Shown in pieces: positions 60,168 to 64,000 of a stretch of 64,000 bases of DNA (its first letter is position 1; each line of letters starts with the position of its first letter). The stretch lies in contig JAHPZH010000003.1 of the NCBI GenBank assembly GCA_019058315.1, positions 588,451-652,450 on the forward strand. The letters run 5' to 3'. Source of the stretch: Candidatus Helarchaeota archaeon (GTDB lineage Archaea; Asgardarchaeota; Lokiarchaeia; Helarchaeales; RDOG01). Made by a program: the position numbers and the translations under genes. The notes beneath the pieces were generated by a model. That model saw nothing but the letters and a program-made list of their open reading frames with translations. It was not told the origin of the DNA and searched no databases.

Positions 60168-63100
60168 ATGAATTCAAGATTTCTTCCATTTTGGGAAATT
60201 CCACAATATAAATTAAAAAAGACATATGATTTATTAAGAGCTGAATTTCAAAACGCTTCCAAATACATTATAAGTGAATTCAAGAAGGATAGAATCAAAG
60301 GCTTTGGTAATCTGGAGAGGACTTTTTGGGGTTTATTGACAGCTTATTGTTTAAATAAAGTAAAGGATTTAAATCCGAAAAGTATAGAGAAATTTATTTT
60401 TCAATTTCGCTCATCAGGGGGAGGATTTTTTTCTGAAGGTTCTAATATTCCAGATGTTCATTCAACTTTTTTTGCAATTTATAGTCTAAGAATTTTAGGG
60501 TTTGACTTAAATGAGGATGAAAAACAAATAACAGCAAAATTTTTATTACAAAATCAAAGAGGAGATGGATTTTCCCATTGTAATGATCGTAATTGTAAAA
60601 AATGTGGGGGAAAGACATTAATTGAATCAACTTTTTATGCAATTTCATCATTATATTTATTGGATAAGTTAAATGAACTTGATTTAAACCTTGCTTCAAA
60701 GTATCTATCAAAAAGATTACCTAAGAGTAATATTAATAACGCTCTAATTATTCTAGCAGACATTCTTGTTGAAGGTTCAGCTCGAATAGATGAAAATGTA
60801 TCCTATTTATTAGATTTTCAAACAGATGACGGTTGTTTTTGTGAGAAGGAAGAGGGAGAAGAAGATCTCGAAAACACTTTTTGGGTCATTTCTTGTTTGC
60901 GAGCCATAAAACTTAATTTTAATAGAGGGTTAGTTTATGATAAATTTCTCAGAAAATTAAGAAGAAAAGATGGGGGATATAATAAACAACCTCTTAATAC
61001 AGAATCAGATTTGATCGATACTGCTCATGCTATTGCTATTTATTCATTAATAATTCCTGATTTAGTAGACCAAATCGAAAATGACATTTTAGGTTCAATT
61101 GATTTACAAAAAGAAGTATATTTAATCAATCTAGCAGATAAAAATTTTGTTGATGAAAAATTTGTATTAAAGATATTAGGAGGACTTCAAGAATATAAGT
61201 GGTTTACTGTTGAACTTATTCATTCTAAAGACCTAATTGATAGTTTCTTAAAAAAACTTGGTTCAAGTGAGAGAGAGTTAACAAGCAAAATAATCAAAAA
61301 ATTAAAAAAATTGCATAATATCTCCATAGATTTGGGTGAATTCGCAAAATCACTCAAGATTCCTGTTTCAAAGGGATCAAGTTATTTACCATCCGAAGAA
61401 GTCGTTAAAAACAGTATAAACAAATTATTAGATAATAAATTCATTATCGGAGAATTAGAAGAAGCTAGAAAACGATTAAAGAAAACCTCATATCTTAAAC
61501 TCCAATTCATTCCTAATTATGTACTAGTTCGGAAACAAAAATTCGATTTTGAAGAAATAATGAAAGAAAGGGAGAATCTATCAAATGTAGATAAGCATAT
61601 TAAGGAATTAATAGATGCTGCTCTTAAAATTCCTGATGAATTTAATATGGAAATTAAAAATTTATTAGATATTGATGAGGTAGAACTGGCCCGGGAGAAG
61701 TTAGAGGGGAGTTTCGATCAAAAAATAAATGATTTAGAGGATTATGATAAATCTGTCAGATTCTTAAAAGATAGCCTTAGATATGTTAAAGTTGAAATTT
61801 TAGATTCTTATCTGAACTGGTTAGCTATTTCCAAAAACGTTGAAAATGAATTAGAAGGTCTTAAAAAAATATTAGAAAGAAATATATTAGAAAAAGAAAG
61901 ACTTATTGATGCTTATAATAAATTAAATGAGCTCGTAAATTATGTGGAGGAAAATATTAGTAAGTTTAATGAAGATATGGATAATTTAAATGCATTTTTC
62001 ATTGATACATGTAGACTCCATAATTTGGATAAAAAGAAACAGGATATTATAGTTAAAGCTTCAACTTTAGAAGATAATATTAAAAAAATTGCGGGAGAGG
62101 TCCAAGATAGGTCTAAAGAAATTTCCCATATTACAAATAAAGTAAAATTCTTAAAGAACGTAATTGTTTCTGAAGATTTAAGTATAAGTAAAAGAATTGT
62201 GACTCAAGAATTAAGAGAAAAATTACAACCATTTGAGGGTTGGTTAGAAAATCAGTGGAATACAAAAAGACATTTGACTCATCAAAAATTAGAGACTATT
62301 CGTTCAAAGATACATAAAAGAGAAGAATTAAAAAATATTATAGCATCAAGGAAAAAAACCTTTAAAGTAAAACTTGAGGAGATTCCAAGCCAAATTCAGC
62401 GATTTGTAGATCAAAACAAATATGATCTAGCTAATGAAAAGCTTAATAGTTCAATTAATGATATATTAGAATTCCTCTCAAATACGGCTCAATTTATTCA
62501 AGATTTCATTCAGGATACGAATAAATTATTAGAAGAATTTGAATTAACTGCTGAAGATATTCCCTTATTATGGCAAGACTCTATGGAACAGATGAGAGAA
62601 GACTTGGAGAAGATGAAAATTGAAGTTTTGAAACAAATTATTTCAGAACAAGAAATGGATAAGAAGAATCAACTTGACGCCACAATTAACAAACATATCG
62701 ATGATGTAAGTAAAAAGCTGACAGAAATCTCACAATTAAGTAAAATTGACTATGAAAAAATAACAATAAATATGAAGGATCTTTTAAAAAATAAGATTAA
62801 AGAGATAGAAGATCATTGTAATAGCGCGAACAATGAGATTTCTACATTTGTCAAAAATACATCTAAATCATTTCCTAATTTTCAAGATACAACTAATATT
62901 AGTATTCATAAATGGCAGACTTTCCTTGATTCATTACCAACAGTTTTCAATCAAGTTAATGAGCAGACTCTTTCAGATTTCACTATAAATGTTATAAAAT
63001 CATTATCTAGACCGGAGAATGGTGGAAGGGTAGATTTAGAGGAAATTAGTAGAATTTTAGGACTAAATGTTGGGCAAGTAAAGAAATTGTTGCAAAAATT

Positions 63101-64000
63101 GATTTCTGTTTCGAAATTGGAGGCTAGAATAGAAGAAAAACAAATGGTTCCCTTATATGTAGAAAATAAGATGCAATTAGAGTTTGAAAAATTAATTGTT
63201 CAATTTCAAGAAGAGCTTGATTTAAATCTTGTAAAATTTCTGAATTTTTTTGTTACATCATATGAAAGAAAACAATTAGATAATAATGAACCTGAAATCC
63301 GTGAGCGAGTTAAAGAATTTAAGAATAATATCAATAATTATGATGTTGAATTAAAGGTAAAATTTGAGAATCAAATAAAAAATATCTATAATGAACCATT
63401 ATTACTCGATTGGGGGAATTTAAAAAATAAATTAAATAGCAAATTAGAAGGTGTTATTCGAATTTTAAACACCCGAAATGAATATAAAGCTTCATTTTTA
63501 GAAAAAATTCAAAATTTTAGGGATAAATTGGAAGATATAACTAAGACTATAGTTGATAAAATAGAGGATAGAAAAGAATTACCAAAATTAATAGATAAGT
63601 TAAGTGCAAAAGAAGATGATCTAAGACTAGCTATTATAGACCAAAGACATATTTTTAAAAATAATATAACCCAACTTACAAATGATATAGAGCATTTTGA
63701 TGGGATAATTGAAGATGCACATGCAAATTTTATTTTTGAAACTGATAAAATCTTGTTAGATTTAAAAAATTTAAAAAGAAAATTAGAGGAGAAAATAATA
63801 GAGAAACAGTGCGAATCCGAAAAAGAAAATTTAAAGGAAAAAATACTAAGTCATACTGAGGAATTCAAAGAATTAGTAGATGTAATGGATAAAGAGGTTT
63901 ATAATATAATTGAAACTGGAAATTTATCAGAAGCAGCAACCACATTAAAACAATCTTATGAAGAAAATAAAAATTATATTAAGACCGCGGATAATTCTAT
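60168..64000 (+). CDS. Large protein (partial, >1270 aa): prenyltransferase-like repeats, coiled coils and PCI-like wHTH
   Basis: Manual translation: GGF..PDVHSTFFAIYSL, ESTFYAISSL, DGCF..ENTFWVISCL, DGGY; later GGRVDLEEISRILGL. Absent from ORF track because it runs off the window end. Confidence 0.8.
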   Translation, partial: MNSRFLPFWEIPQYKLKKTYDLLRAEFQNASKYIISEFKKDRIKGFGNLERTFWGLLTAYCLNKVKDLNPKSIEKFIFQFRSSGGGFFSEGSNIPDVHSTFFAIYSLRILGFDLNEDEKQITAKFLLQNQRGDGFSHCNDRNCKKCGGKTLIESTFYAISSLYLLDKLNELDLNLASKYLSKRLPKSNINNALIILADILVEGSARIDENVSYLLDFQTDDGCFCEKEEGEEDLENTFWVISCLRAIKLNFNRGLVYDKFLRKLRRKDGGYNKQPLNTESDLIDTAHAIAIYSLIIPDLVDQIENDILGSIDLQKEVYLINLADKNFVDEKFVLKILGGLQEYKWFTVELIHSKDLIDSFLKKLGSSERELTSKIIKKLKKLHNISIDLGEFAKSLKIPVSKGSSYLPSEEVVKNSINKLLDNKFIIGELEEARKRLKKTSYLKLQFIPNYVLVRKQKFDFEEIMKERENLSNVDKHIKELIDAALKIPDEFNMEIKNLLDIDEVELAREKLEGSFDQKINDLEDYDKSVRFLKDSLRYVKVEILDSYLNWLAISKNVENELEGLKKILERNILEKERLIDAYNKLNELVNYVEENISKFNEDMDNLNAFFIDTCRLHNLDKKKQDIIVKASTLEDNIKKIAGEVQDRSKEISHITNKVKFLKNVIVSEDLSISKRIVTQELREKLQPFEGWLENQWNTKRHLTHQKLETIRSKIHKREELKNIIASRKKTFKVKLEEIPSQIQRFVDQNKYDLANEKLNSSINDILEFLSNTAQFIQDFIQDTNKLLEEFELTAEDIPLLWQDSMEQMREDLEKMKIEVLKQIISEQEMDKKNQLDATINKHIDDVSKKLTEISQLSKIDYEKITINMKDLLKNKIKEIEDHCNSANNEISTFVKNTSKSFPNFQDTTNISIHKWQTFLDSLPTVFNQVNEQTLSDFTINVIKSLSRPENGGRVDLEEISRILGLNVGQVKKLLQKLISVSKLEARIEEKQMVPLYVENKMQLEFEKLIVQFQEELDLNLVKFLNFFVTSYERKQLDNNEPEIRERVKEFKNNINNYDVELKVKFENQIKNIYNEPLLLDWGNLKNKLNSKLEGVIRILNTRNEYKASFLEKIQNFRDKLEDITKTIVDKIEDRKELPKLIDKLSAKEDDLRLAIIDQRHIFKNNITQLTNDIEHFDGIIEDAHANFIFETDKILLDLKNLKRKLEEKIIEKQCESEKENLKEKILSHTEEFKELVDVMDKEVYNIIETGNLSEAATTLKQSYEENKNYIKTADNS

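Noticed and set aside
2487-60711. Many short antisense or nested ORFs in the track (e.g. 8160, 13357, 14711, 22042, 43916, 47532, 60442)
   Set aside because: They are shadows of well-supported genes and carry no motifs.
52785-64000. Rab prenylation by the nearby prenyltransferase-like protein
   Set aside because: The GTPase lacks C-terminal Cys and the genes are not co-operonic.

Overview
AT-rich archaeal window. Rab- and Rag-like GTPases, longin, roadblock and PCI-like domains and archaeal repair enzymes point to an Asgard archaeon (inference; Loki/Hel-like). I saw no rRNA, tRNA, CRISPR array, integrase, transposase or capsid gene. The core (~4.6-46.5 kb, with a partial duplicate near 51-52 kb) holds three intermixed modules. 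(1) A divergent recombination/repair set: FEN1, a degenerate PolB-exonuclease-like protein, SWIM-containing Hel308, RadB-like, two RadA paralogs, XPD, a nuclease-less Hef with a GINS-B-like N-terminus, RecJ/GAN-like, DHH and RPA. (2) A Ced/T4SS-like membrane module: three small 2-TM pilin-like proteins, a large surface protein, and a catalytically degenerate HerA/VirB4-type ATPase. The ATPase appears joined to its membrane anchor by a -1 frameshift signal (T TTT TTC, 6-nt spacer, 13-bp hairpin). (3) A signalling pair: a Rag-like GTPase next to a membrane protein carrying an NYN RNase and an FLCN/NPRL2-like longin domain with a candidate arginine finger. A LAGLIDADG-like/TFE fusion heads the region. 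Together these suggest an undescribed, regulated DNA-exchange/recombination system. The flanks carry GNATs, methyltransferases, redox and sugar enzymes, Hsp20/PadR, Get3, and a truncated prenyltransferase-repeat/coiled-coil protein. All family calls come from motif recognition by eye; no searches were run.
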